Shown: positions 9,320 through 20,849, numbered from the stretch's first letter. The stretch is DNA of 64,000 nt from Lepidodermella squamata (GCA_047495785.1 JBLDXI010000033.1:2728001-2792000); one strand, 5' to 3'. Made by a program: numbers and translations. The notes: generated by a model from the sequence alone, not told the origin.

Positions 9320-11675
9320 CTTCGCGATAAACGCTAGAATAGTGGATATATGTGATATGAACTTGGTGATGCAGTTAGTCAGTGAGCTGGAATTACCGGA
9401 TCTGGCGATTCAATTGGCGATAAGATTGGAAAAAGAGCCAGTGGTTCCGCAAAGCCGATAACATCATCTCGAACAAAAACGAAGGTGAGGGTTTCTACAC
9501 AGATCACTGGTTTATCGACCTGTTGCATTCACTCTGATGATCACGAGTCGATCGGATCCATGTATGCTGTTAGTCCGGGCGACGATGGTAACGGAAGAGT
9601 AACGGAAGAAAAAGCCGAGTTTACGCCGACTGACATTAGCAGAAATCACGAAATCATGCGTTCATTTTTCATAAAGAGCAAAGCCAGATGTTTGCGTGCA
9701 GCTTTATTCCTTGGATAATTCCAATTTGCAACAATTTCACGCCGATATCTGCGACGGCAAATTTGAGGTCGTTAGCTTTTCGAAAAGTAACAACAAGGAA
9801 AAGAAGCCAGTCAAAGCTATGATGCTGTGATATTCGCATATTTTCGAAAGTATGCGAAGTGACGAAACAAAGCTTCCAGTTTCAACGTGTAGTGTAGTGG
9901 GAAATGCAGCGGAACACTTAATGCCAGTTTGCCGCTTTTCCGGTGAATCGCCGTCGCGTTTGCTTGTCTTGTTATCGGCCTATTGCCTATTGCCTATCGT
10001 TGGAAAGTTGAACAGTAACACTGACGATTTGTTATGCGAGTCGTTGAAGTCTATGTAGATTATCAGATGAGCAATGAGTCAATGAGATGAGAACAGTAAG
10101 CCTAACAATGCTAAAACATACAGCATGCGGGGGCTAACTGTACTTTGCTGCTGACTAAGGCGTGGCAGGGTGAGCACGGTTCCTCTCGGTTTAACATCGT
10201 CGTCAACCAGGATATATTGAATTCTTAACATAGTATTCCCGACGATTTTCCAAAGCTAAAGCCGATCGAAATGTTGCAGAAGCGTTAGGTAGATGGCCGT
10301 ATTGTCCGTTCCGTTAGTTTAGCTAAATAGAAATATGGGAATTACCGCTTACGAATTACGCCGACAGATTTTGCCAAATTGAACGATTTTGTTGATAAAC
10401 TTCAGGCCAGTGGTGAAGCTTTTTGTCAAAAGTGACTTGTCGTATCACGCAACGTAGATGTTCATTAATGCTGCGATGCCTTCGTGTTAGAGTGAGCTAG
10501 AATTAGAATTGTTTACGGCTGTCGGAATTTTTGACTCAACTTCATTTCCATGGTTACTACATCTTTGCCGTCTTCGACTCGACATCGACAGTTCTGTCAC
10601 ATTTGAATTCTATGTTGTCACAATTGAAAACAGGCAGTTAGAATTGGTAGAGGTTGAGAAGTTTACAGATGACGAAGTAAAAGATAGGCCCGCTGTCGTG
10701 CTGGCACAACATCAAGATGACGTCATGACCATGGGTTCGGTCCTGATATTTTTCCAATCAAAAGAAGAAGCTCAGGCGTGGCAGTGTGAGCACTGTACGG
10801 TTCCTACGGTGAATCACCTTCGAGGCTATTGGTATTGTTATTTGCATATTGCTATGCATTCGGCAGCAATGATTATGACCTCGCTGAAAAAGTAGGTTAC
10901 TGCGGCATTTATGGCCTTTTATTAACAGATGGTTCAGATGGTGTATACACCGGAGAATCACACGGATGGGTCGACGTTGTTCCAGTCGATGTGGGTTTCA
11001 TCAGCGTTAAATAGATGGCCGTATTGTTCGTTCTGTTACTATAGCGATAATCAAACATCATCTGAAGACCATCAGCCAGTGCGTTCAAATGAGCAAACTA
11101 AGGAATCTAAGTTGGGGCTGAGCCAAGAATTTACCAGCTGGAATAATTTTACTGGAAAAAGGGCCAGTGGTTTCGCAAAGTCGACAACGTCACCTCGTAC
11201 AACGAAGCTTTGTCCATATATCCTAATTCTGATAATCACGAGTAGCTTGAAAAAGTGCCACCTCGCATGCGACTATTTAGTAAGTCATATGAAGCTGGGA
11301 TTATCGATTCGTCAAAATTTGCTAATTAGTAATAATTTCCGGGTGATTGAGCAACTGCAGAGCTCGCTGCGCCTTTTATGTAGCGACCCTGTCTTCGAGG
11401 CTATTGGTATGGTGGAGTTGCCATATTTGCAAGCAAATCGCGCGTAAATTTTTCATAAAGAAGAAAGCCAAGTGAATGCAGTCACTTCAAGTGAATGAAT
11501 GACTCATTATGACCTCGTTGGAAAAGTCGTCCGTTATACAGATTATCGAGTTGCCATATTTCGAGTCAAACTATTATCGAAAGTATGCGAAGAGACGTAA
11601 CAAAGCTCGATGCCTTCTGGTTTCAACGTGTAAAAGAGTGTTGCTTCAGCAACAAACAAGAAATCACGAAATGCC
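9320..11675 (+). repeat. Scrambled mosaic array of ~25 short diverged fragments homologous to the 13798-18991 gene
   Basis: E.g. 9412-9526~17199-17309; 9683-9818~17842-17977; 9907-9987~18270-18350; 10643-10803~16949-17108; 10807-10893~18304-18390; 11084-11143~14734-14793; 11251-11322~17987-18058; 11332-11393~14949-15008. All on the same strand and non-collinear. Confidence 0.92.
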
Positions 11676-12586
11676 AGCTAATTAGAGTGAAAGTAACCAT
11701 TATTAAGTCGGAAATGAGTGTGAAGTTTGTGTGGTCGTGTGTATCCATATAAAATTTTTTGTCGATTTCATGTATGTTTTGCAAAATTAATAGTTTTATT
11801 AATTTTTTTCGTAGGTTGTCATAACTCGCTCTTAACGATTTCGAAAGCCAGGGCTACGCAGACCGAACGTCGCTTGAAGCGCTGAAGTAACCTTCTCAAT
11901 GTTTTGAGCAACGTCAGCAACAGCTTTGATGCGAATGATAACATCGAGTCCAATGCGGCTACTGCCATTTTCATCGAATCTGTGACACCATATATCATCA
12001 ACGTGAGGTTGCAATGTTGATGTCAATCGTTTGCAAGTGCTGAAATATTGTCAGGTTAATTTTTACTTTTTGATGCATTTATGATCTCGTCTGAAGCTGA
12101 GATGTCGCTGATCAAATCCAATTACGTTAGCAAAGCCTGTTGATTGGAAAAATTGTTATGATGCCTATTCATGTCGTCAATTTTTTACAAATATTTGTTA
12201 TCTGCTGAACTAACTGAACTTTTGTTGGGTATACTAATGCTGAAACAGACCGAATTGACGTGACATTTTGCTACCAATTTTTACTTCGAGCAAACTTACG
12301 TTCTGAGCTCAAACTTTGAGATTGTGTTCGTAAATAAATGGATTAATAAATTTCAACGTTATTCCCTGGCTATTGATTGATGTTGAAATATTGAATAAAC
12401 GTTGCACAGTAAAAAGAGTGAAGTGCTTTTGTACTTGATGTATAATAAAGAATAAAAACTATTGTTGCAAACTTTGACGATTTATTTTTGAAATATTTGG
12501 AGCTGGCCTATCAAGGCATTTTCATTGGAGCTGAAATTTTGTTGGAAATACGGCATCGGAAAACGGCATATGATAGACCGACACTA

Positions 12587-13030
12587 CAGGGTGTTTCATA
12601 AAAAACCGAACTCCTATAAAAATGTACTGCTGCTGCGCGTTATCGATTTTTTTCGCAAACAGCACGGTCACCGCAAATTTTACGCATCAGCAAATAAACT
12701 GCCATTTTTATTTAACTGATGGCCCCTTTCAAACGCAGCGCGACGAAGTCAGAAACCTCACCGTTCACAGGCACGTTCTAGGGAAACCCGAGCGCGCAGT
12801 GTCAAAGCGCCGTTATCCAACCGCACACAGGCCGGCTAAAATTGACAGAAATTGACCGCAGGTTAACCGTGAATTCACCGTAGAAATGCCGTATTCCTGC
12901 CGCTTTTTCTCCTCGCGACAGCAACAAATAACATGGCGCATGGAAAATCGATAACGGCAGTACTTTTCCTATAATATTTATGCATGCTGATATAAGCCTT
13001 ATCTCGTACCGTTTTTTATGAAACACCCTG
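12587..13030. mobile_element. Tc1/mariner-type MITE (444 bp), TA target duplication
   Basis: TA|CAGGGTGTTTCATAAAAAA ... TTTTTTATGAAACACCCTG|TA terminal inverted repeats; no transposase. Confidence 0.88.
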
Positions 13031-13451
13031 TACGCGAACAATGTTTACTGTAATATCCGACACGGTACGGATTCCACACGGGTTTGATATACGTGAAGAG
13101 TCAATAACAGTCAGGCGGAAATGATAAAAATAACTCCTCATTTTATTGCTATAACATTTCGGTATTTTTAATGCGACACGCAGGCCGCTTATAAGTTGGT
13201 ATGCGCACATTCCCCAGGTGAAAGCGAGATAACGAGCAGAGAAAGCGCATGAAAAACATTTGACAAGTATTAAGATCACTGATGAATGAATTTCGAGATT
13301 TACCCACCCGTCGTGAAATTGCTGTCACGGGTTGGCTCATGAGCAATCTGGCGGTTAGCATCAGGCAACGGCGAAGCTGCTGCGCTGCGCAGTCGACGCC
13401 AGCGCCGATTCGTCGTTCAGCGCATTGCGGCGCAGTAGTATTGGCAGCGCG

Positions 13452-13703
13452 TTAAGCCGACGAACTAGCAGACTGCTGCGCTTGAACTGAGGGCACGGGC
13501 GAGCGGGAAACGAGCTCGAACGTCGTTGAAAGCTTACCGTGCAAGCCGTATTTCTCGCTGTGTATCTTCTCGAATAGCTCCGCGATGTGATGCGTCGACC
13601 CGGCTAAATGCGAATGAATCAAATTTAAATCAGAAAAAATAAAAGTGCACTTACTCATTTCTAGAAGGCTCATTCTGTTTTAAAGATTCCTGTCGATGGC
13701 AGC
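13452..13703 (-). other. Possible short spliced transcript divergent from the nuclease-like gene
   Basis: Minus-strand GTAAG donors (13654, 13537) and acceptors (13703, 13604, ~13487) spaced as ~50-nt introns; reading frame ambiguous. Confidence 0.3.
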
Positions 13704-13797
13704 TGAAATAATACAATCGTGATGTTATAACTTGCATTTCCTCTTATTATTAGTTGCTTATATATCCCTAAATATCGCAATATTTTCGTGTCGAAGA

Positions 13798-14872
13798 ATG
13801 GCGGATCCTGCTCATGTGATACCAGAGCTTAAAGTTTTCACGAAGAAAGTGTTCATCGTATGCTGGAGGGAAAATTCGCGTAAGGTCGGAGGCCACAATG
13901 TTTGCAATGTGACACTATCAGTACACTCGGATTCATCGAAGCGTTGCGCAGGGCAACTGTGGTCAACTAAAAAATCTCAATTGGATAAGGTTCAGTTCCT
14001 AGGCGTGATCAAGACAGAAGAGTTTCAAACTCCTCAGTGCATGCAAACAATCACGGATTTCTTACCCAAAACTGACCTTTACGTTGGTGGGAAGCTGTTC
14101 GGGATAAAGATCGAACTGGATTCAGCCCATGTTCACAATTTCACCATCAAGGACGATGTACGGCTCGAGAAGCTATTCCCATATCGGCATAGCATGCAGT
14201 TCGCAAATGTTTGTGATCTCTACAAAGCTCCGAAGCCTGTGAGAAACATCAATGTTGCTGCCTTGATTTTGAATGTTGGCGAATGTAAACCAGCGGTGAT
14301 ACCGGACAGGAAGCATGCAGAGATGTTATGCGAATTCGAATTTGTCGATTTAATTTGCGGCCAGACCTTCTGTAAATCAAACGAGACCGTGTTTTTATGG
14401 ATTGCTTTATAAATTTTCTATAATTATAGGGGGTAAAGCTTGGGGCAAGGAATGGCAACTGTTTTTGAGCGAATACAAAGGAAAACCTGTTATTCTGGAT
14501 AGCGCAAATTTTGCTGTCTACACTAATGGCTACGGCTGCAGTGTCGCAACAGACAAATTAACAACGTTCGATGTTGGGCCAACAGCCCAGCAGTTCCTTC
14601 CCGCTATCCCTGTTATTGCACCTTCCGTTGAAGACGGCATTTCGCCGAAGCGGGCCAGATACGCCAGTGGGCCATGCGCTCGAACTGCGTCTGAGAGCAG
14701 AGTTATCGACCAACAAGACCAACAGCAAACTAATTCAAATCAGCAAACTAAAGAATCCAAGTCTGGGCCGAGCCAGGAATTTGCCAGCTGGAAAGACGTT
14801 TTACAGGCGGCTGCCATGTTTCAATGGCCAGTCGATGAAACTGTTGAAGCAATTTTTGCAGATGATTCCTAA
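13798..14872 (+). CDS. OB-fold ssDNA-binding protein (RPA70/MEIOB-like); either a separate gene or the N-terminus of the downstream nuclease gene (1-nt frameshift near 14867)
   Basis: Exons 13798-14371 + 14430 onward give INVAALILNVGECKPAVIPDRKHAEMLCEFEFVDLICGQTFWGKAWGKEW...KGKPVILDSANF...TDKLTTFDVGP, resembling the MEIOB/RPA70 OB pattern (INV.A.V..VGE.K....DR....CE..L.D.....W). Confidence 0.6.
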
Positions 14873-14939
14873 ACATTCTAAAACTCGTTAATGTTTTTTT
14901 TTATTGTTGCTGTTGCAATAAATTTTAAATTATTTATAG

Positions 14940-17900
14940 ATGAATCCTAATTACCCTTTAATTGAGCAACTGCAGAGCTCGCTGCGCCTTTTATGTGGCG
15001 ACCCTGTCCCTTGGGACGAGCTGGAAAAAGCCTATCGGAGTTTAAGCGTACCACCGGAACGGGGAGCCCATGGGTTTGTTGCCGTTGATTATATTTTTTA
15101 CCGAATAAAAAAATTACCGTGTTATAGCAAGGTTGAGGCAGTACTATCACGCGTTGGTGTGACGTTGGACGTATTGGAAATCGGTGCATCACTCCGAAAT
15201 GGCATTAAATTCCTGTTTGCCACGCTCGGCAACCTGTTTGCTGTAGCTTTCGTTGGAACCGACGGGCAGTTGGTTCAAGTCCACTGCTTTGTGAACGCAG
15301 AAGCCGCGCCCATGCTGCCGAACTTGACGCTTAGCGAGATGTTGGCCATTTGGCACAGAGCCCGGTTTTATGTCTATCAGGTTCTACAATAATATTCATG
15401 ACAATAAGCAATATTCTAAAAGCTAACCTTTCCAGATGACAATCGATGACATCCTGGTGAGTAAAACTGCCGCCGAACTGACAGTCGCTCATTTAGCCGT
15501 GGCGTCAGATTTGGAACAAACGTTCAAACTGCTCTATCGTTTCGGCGAAAGGCTCAGGTTTCACGCGATTCCTGCACTACAACGGCGTCCTGAAATGACC
15601 GAAGTGGCTGCAAGGATTCTTTGGCATCTCGGTTATCGTGAAAATGCACTTCGAACGGCCTTGGCCAATCCGAACACGCCTAAACTAGTCACGTTTGTAA
15701 GTTGAACACTTTTCCAAGTTCCGAACGAATTCCAAGTTTGATGTAACATTTTCAGCTCAAGCATCCATCAGCTCGTCCTCATTTGTTGGCATTGTGTCGT
15801 GATGACGAAACGTGCCGCCTTAAAGCCTTCCAGCTTGACCTCATCCAAGTTGAAGATGTCGCTGATCCAACACCTCAGATCGCGAATTCGGCCAACGCAG
15901 ACGACCCGCCACGCTTGGAGTCACCTGAAGTGGCTACGTCAAACGCGTCAAACGTGCCTCTTACGATCCCGCCCAGTTCGATCATTCGATCAGACGAACC
16001 GCCACGCTTGGAGTCACCTGGAGTGGCCACGTCAAACGCGTCAAACGTGCCTCTTACGATCCCGCCCAGTTCGATCATTCGTCAGGTATATTTATAATAA
16101 ATTTATCTATATTCAAAATTACAAAAACAATCTTTATCAACAGACCGCAACGCCTCGGCCCTTAACTGGTTCGATTTCACGTGAAAACGTTACCTTCACT
16201 CAAGTGGTTATGAAAACCAAACCAACTTCGAACGCTGTAAGTGAGGAGGCCGCGCTGCCTCGTGAGCCAGAGAATGTGCCATCTACTTCAAATGGAATAG
16301 ACCAGCCGGCGAATCGAAAGGTTTGCAACAACAACAACACAACTTTTTGCATTGTTAACAATATTGAATTCTTAACAGAGTATTCTCGACGATTTCCCTA
16401 TGCTGAAGCCCATCGAAATGCTGAAGGCGACGAAAACACTGCTCAGCTCAATCAACAAAGAACATGTCGAGAAAGTTGACTTCGCCAAAATGTATTTGAA
16501 CGCACGTGAAGATTTTGGCACAGCGGTTGACAATTCAATTCATGCTTCAAAGCTCCGGAAATGTTCATTCCCCAGTAAGGCCATGATCGACAAGCCGATC
16601 AACATGATTTTGGCTTATCATGAGGAGCTGGGATCAATGTATGCCGTTGGACCAGGGACGGATGGAAACTGCGCTAGGCTGCTGAATGGTCCCAGCAACA
16701 TTCCAGCTAGACAGTTCGAAAATTCGCTGAATTTGGCTGAATTTTTAACGTCACTTCACTTCGATGGTTACTACATCATTGCCGTCTTTGACTCAACATC
16801 TCCATCGACCTTTACAATCGAAAATCGTCGAAGTGTGGAAACCTTTGGTCAGCTGAAAAACTGTCCTAATGGTTACTACAAAGATATTCGCAGAATTGCC
16901 GAAAAGCATCGTTCTCGGATAGTGAGTTTCGAATTCAGTTACGATGACTTGGAGGAGGTGGAGAAACTTGTTGATGGCCAACTAAAAGATAGGCCCGTCG
17001 TCGTTCTGGCGCAACATCAAGATGACGTGATGACCACGGGTCTGGTCCTAATTTTTTTTCAAAATGGCGAGGGAGCCCAGGCGTGGCAGTGTAGGCACTC
17101 TACAGTTCGTCTCGGATCAAAATCGTCGCCAACTAGATTGTTTTCGCCAGCAGAAGCAGGCAAGGTCAAGCCTAAGTGGTCTATAATTAAGCGCCTCGAT
17201 TGGCGTTACGATTGGAACAAGGGCCGGTGGTTTCGCAAAGCCGACAACATCACTTCGTACAACGAAGCTGACGGTTTTTACACCGATCATTGGTTCGTTG
17301 ACTTGTTACCCTCGTTCCGTGATGGCCGCTTAACATCAACTGATGCTGCCAAGTACAACGATTTCGTTGACAAATCGTTGATACTCCAGTACATTTCGAA
17401 GAATACCAAATCCGAATACATCCGCGATTGGATTTTCACCTGTACTCGCCGCAGGCCAATGCTGAAACTTTTCGGTAAAAGCGACATATCGTTCCATGCC
17501 ACCTTAACGTTCGTTGACGCTAATGAGAAGTCGAAGGCCCTTACTGCCGTGACTGAATCCGGCGACTCAATCCGGGCCGCGTTCGGGAAAAACGCTAAAA
17601 TTCTCGACATGAAAGACATGAATTCGGCTATGCAGTTAGCCAGCGAAAAGTCGCCAGATCCTGGCTTACTACTGCTTGACCTGCCTAGACACATCACTCG
17701 CGAGGAGCTCATCAGCTACCTACCAAACGGCTTCGATGTACACTTGGTGGAATTGCCTTGTTTCCAAGCAAATCACGCGTACATTTTTCACAAGGAACAA
17801 ATCCAAGTGAATGCGGTCATGGAAAAGCTGTCAAATGAGTGGCCAGATGTTCGCATTCAGCTTTATTCGTTAGACAATTCGAAATTGCGGCAATTTCAAG

Positions 17901-18991
17901 CTGACATCCGCGATGGCAATTTTGAGGCTGTTAGCTTTTCGAGAGGTAGCAATAAAGAAAAGAAAACAGTCAACGCCAAAGCGCCAAAATTGCCACCTCG
18001 AGTACGACTTTTCAGTAAGTCATATGAAGCTGGTATTATCGATTCGTCAAAATTTGCCTCTTCATTGCACGATCCTCTTACTGCGTACGCAGTTGTCGAA
18101 AGTTTGCGTGGTGCCGAAACAGAGCTCGCTGCCTTCTGGTTTCAACGGGTGGTAGAGTGCTACTTCAGTGGCATGTGGGATGCATGCACCTATTCGTTCC
18201 TGAGGCATCAATACGGCGATGCTTTCGTGGAAGGTGTTACAGCCGCGAGGTTCAAGCTATTGAGATATACAGCGGAACACTTGATGCCATGTTGCCGAAT
18301 TTCCGGTGAATCACCTTCGAGGCTCTTGGTATTGCTATCCTCATATTGCCATGCATTCTGCAGCACTGATTATGTCCTCGCTGAAAAAGTCGACCGTTAC
18401 ACTGACGACCTCTTTTCAGGTCGCATGACGCCTGAAGTGAGATATGGTAAGAAATGGTCTCCGCTCTTCCAAGGCGTCGAGTCCAGATTCGTCTTAAGCG
18501 GTCTTCATCCCTGCCAATGTTGCAGAAATTACTGCTGTGAAACTAACCACTGCTCCACTCTGGTTTTTCTATCGGAGGTTACCAAAGGACAGCCAGTAGG
18601 CTACAGCGGCACCTATGGTCTGTTAATAACAGATGGTTCAGGTGGTGTTTATACAGGAAAATCCGCTGTGACCTTGAGGCGTGCCAGCAGCCACAAATCG
18701 CATTCGCTCCAGACAATGTCGAATCCAATAGCGGCAAGTAGATGGCCTTATTGCGCGTTCCGCTACTACAGCGATAACGCATGGGCAAGAATGCCTTTCC
18801 GCCTCTTGTTCGAAAAGGCGATGTGTATGAACGTCGCCGGTGATCGAGAGCGATTTCTACGAGAAACTTTTTTCAATGCTACCAACAAGCCTCACCCAGA
18901 CTACCTCGCGATCCACAATATCGATCCGAACGCGGTTGTTAACGAGGACGACGAGTTTCAAGACGACGGTGATGAAGAGGAGTACATGTAG
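14940..18991 (+). CDS. Large orphan protein (1273 aa from 14940) with three RRM-like modules, a Cys cluster and a C-terminal GIY-YIG-like endonuclease; exons 14940-15380, 15436-15696, 15756-16085, 16144-16320, 16379-18991
   Basis: Phase-0 GT-AG introns keep the frame open. GIY-YIG-like SGTYGLLITDGSGGVYTGKSAVTLRRASSH...LFEKAM...FFN (~18605-18880); RRM-like LLLLDLPRHITREELISYLP...HAYIFH, SLILQYISKNTKSEYIRDWI...HATLTFVDANEKSKAL, GLVLIFFQNGEGAQAW; CQCCRNYCCETNHC; acidic tail. Confidence 0.75.
15898..16081 (+). repeat. Two near-identical 93-bp (31 aa) tandem coding repeats
   Basis: cagacga.ccgccacgcttggagtcacctg...cccagttcgatcattcg starts at both 15898 and 15991. Confidence 0.92.
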
Positions 18992-20215
18992 CCATCGGTT
19001 CAACATACGACGTCTTGTGTGTGACGTTTATCGCCCAGTTTGTTTCACTAAGACTGTAAAGTAATACATTTGATTCATTTGATGAGTGCTATATTCAATA
19101 GCTAAGACTGTAAAAGTTGCAATGAAATAAAGATAATTGGTTTATAACCTACTGCTGATGTTGTACTGCAGTGACGTGAACGAAGCATCGGTAAACATTT
19201 TCGATCGACCAAGTTCGAGCGTTTTAAACTGACAAAAATACACAAAATAGGAATATTGCGATATATCATGCGAACAAATTCGAACCTGAAATCACCAGCA
19301 GCAGCAGCAGCAATTATTAATGGTTGCCAGTAGTATAATGAAACGTGTCGCGATGGTTTGTTCAAATTCGAAGGCAATGATATACATCAATAGGGCCGCA
19401 TTAATTAAGAACATTAACAGGCCATCATCATCGTCATCATGCCAGTAACTACTTTCAATAACAGCCTATAGAAATAGGTTCATTTCATGAGACGTACAAT
19501 AGGACAATATGGACTCATTCTGCGAGCCGCGGCTGACTATCGTACGTCTAAGGATGGTTGGTTCTGCCATTTCTAGCAGACGTAAAAAAGTTCATCAGTT
19601 GAGTTGAGTTTAACTGACGTGAATTGGCTTTTATTAGCTATCACAGCCTTCACTTCCACCGGTCGATTTCATTCAGCTTCAGCTTGATTTGCATAATTGC
19701 CTCGTTTGCGTCATTTCTTGCGCTAGTTTTCCCCCGGGGCGGCCTAAAACCTGACGAAAAATCGATCGAAATTGGCGCAAAAATCAATGACAAGAAATCG
19801 GGGTTACACTGTATCAGTGCTCCGATTTTTTTTCGTGACTCGAAAGTGTCTGCCACTGGAAAGAAATTGCAAAAAAGTGTACGCCAATTTGGAAATTTCT
19901 TAAAAAGCTTGATTTTTCGGCGATTCGCCTCTGAAAATGCGAAAAATGAGCATCTCGAAGCTGGTTTTGTCTCCAAATAGGAAGGAATTGTGGGTCTCCT
20001 TCTAACTTCCTTCCGGACAGATTACGGATTCCAGATCATTGAACATTGAAAATGGGGCCTAATGAGGATGGGTTTAGGAGAATAGGAATAAAAGGAAAAT
20101 GGATAATCGCGAGCGAAGAGAGCAACATTTTCTGAGCGTGGTCCAGTGGGCAAAAATCGGAACACTGCACTGTATTAAAGTACAGGGTGTTCAAGAAATA
20201 ATGGCTAGATATATA

Positions 20216-20636
20216 TATATGTCGTATCGTATAAGGCAATCCCTCCAATGGCCGATAGAGATATCTCAATGAGCAATCGGAAATTTACTTTCTGACTGAT
20301 GTTTTCATCAGCCTTCAGGTTATTGAATTATGATCTATCACATATTAAAGAGCCCGAATAGCCCTATCGATCAGACTTTTAATTGATTAATAAAGAGTTT
20401 AAATTGATCCAGAAGGCCAGAAGACAGTTACAGTGAAAATGCGCTAGCTTTTTAGAAACACATAAAACTCATAGATGGGGAACAAGTTATTAGGGATTCT
20501 GTAATCTTGCTTGGTTTCCAAATAAAATAAAATGATTAAAATAACTGAAAATGACATTGGGAACAATTCGGATTGCTCATAGATGGATATCTCAATCGGC
20601 TAATGGAAGAAAATGCCTTATACGATACGACATATA
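20216..20636. mobile_element. MITE with ~70-bp imperfect terminal inverted repeats
   Basis: tatatgtcgtatcgtataaggca...atgagcaatc mirrored by gattgctcat...tgccttatacgatacgacatata. Confidence 0.8.
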
Positions 20637-20849
20637 GCATTGAACTTTGAACGAGTGACATCTTTTGTACTGGACACGCATTTTCTTGCTCGTCTTACTG
20701 AACTTACTGAACATCAATTTTTCAGGTTCGAAGGTTCGAAATACTTTATCCCTAAAAATGACTGAATATTGGCGCGAAACTATTGAAGAAAGACGTCCAG
20801 TTCCTTTCTAAATTTGAAAATTCATATTGAAATTAAGCATCGCACGCTT

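Noticed and set aside
9320-11675. Canonical CRISPR array
   Set aside because: No constant direct repeat between fragments, variable fragment lengths, eukaryotic context and no cas genes
11832-12160. Minus-strand small gene (…HVDDIWCHRFDENGSSRIGLDVIIRIK…)
   Set aside because: Coding-like last exon followed by AATAAA, but I could not build a consistent upstream exon chain
13798-18991. Penelope-like retroelement or Helitron Rep/helicase ORF
   Set aside because: No RT (YxDD) core, HUH Rep or PIF1 helicase motifs recognised; only the GIY-YIG-like and OB-like parts are shared
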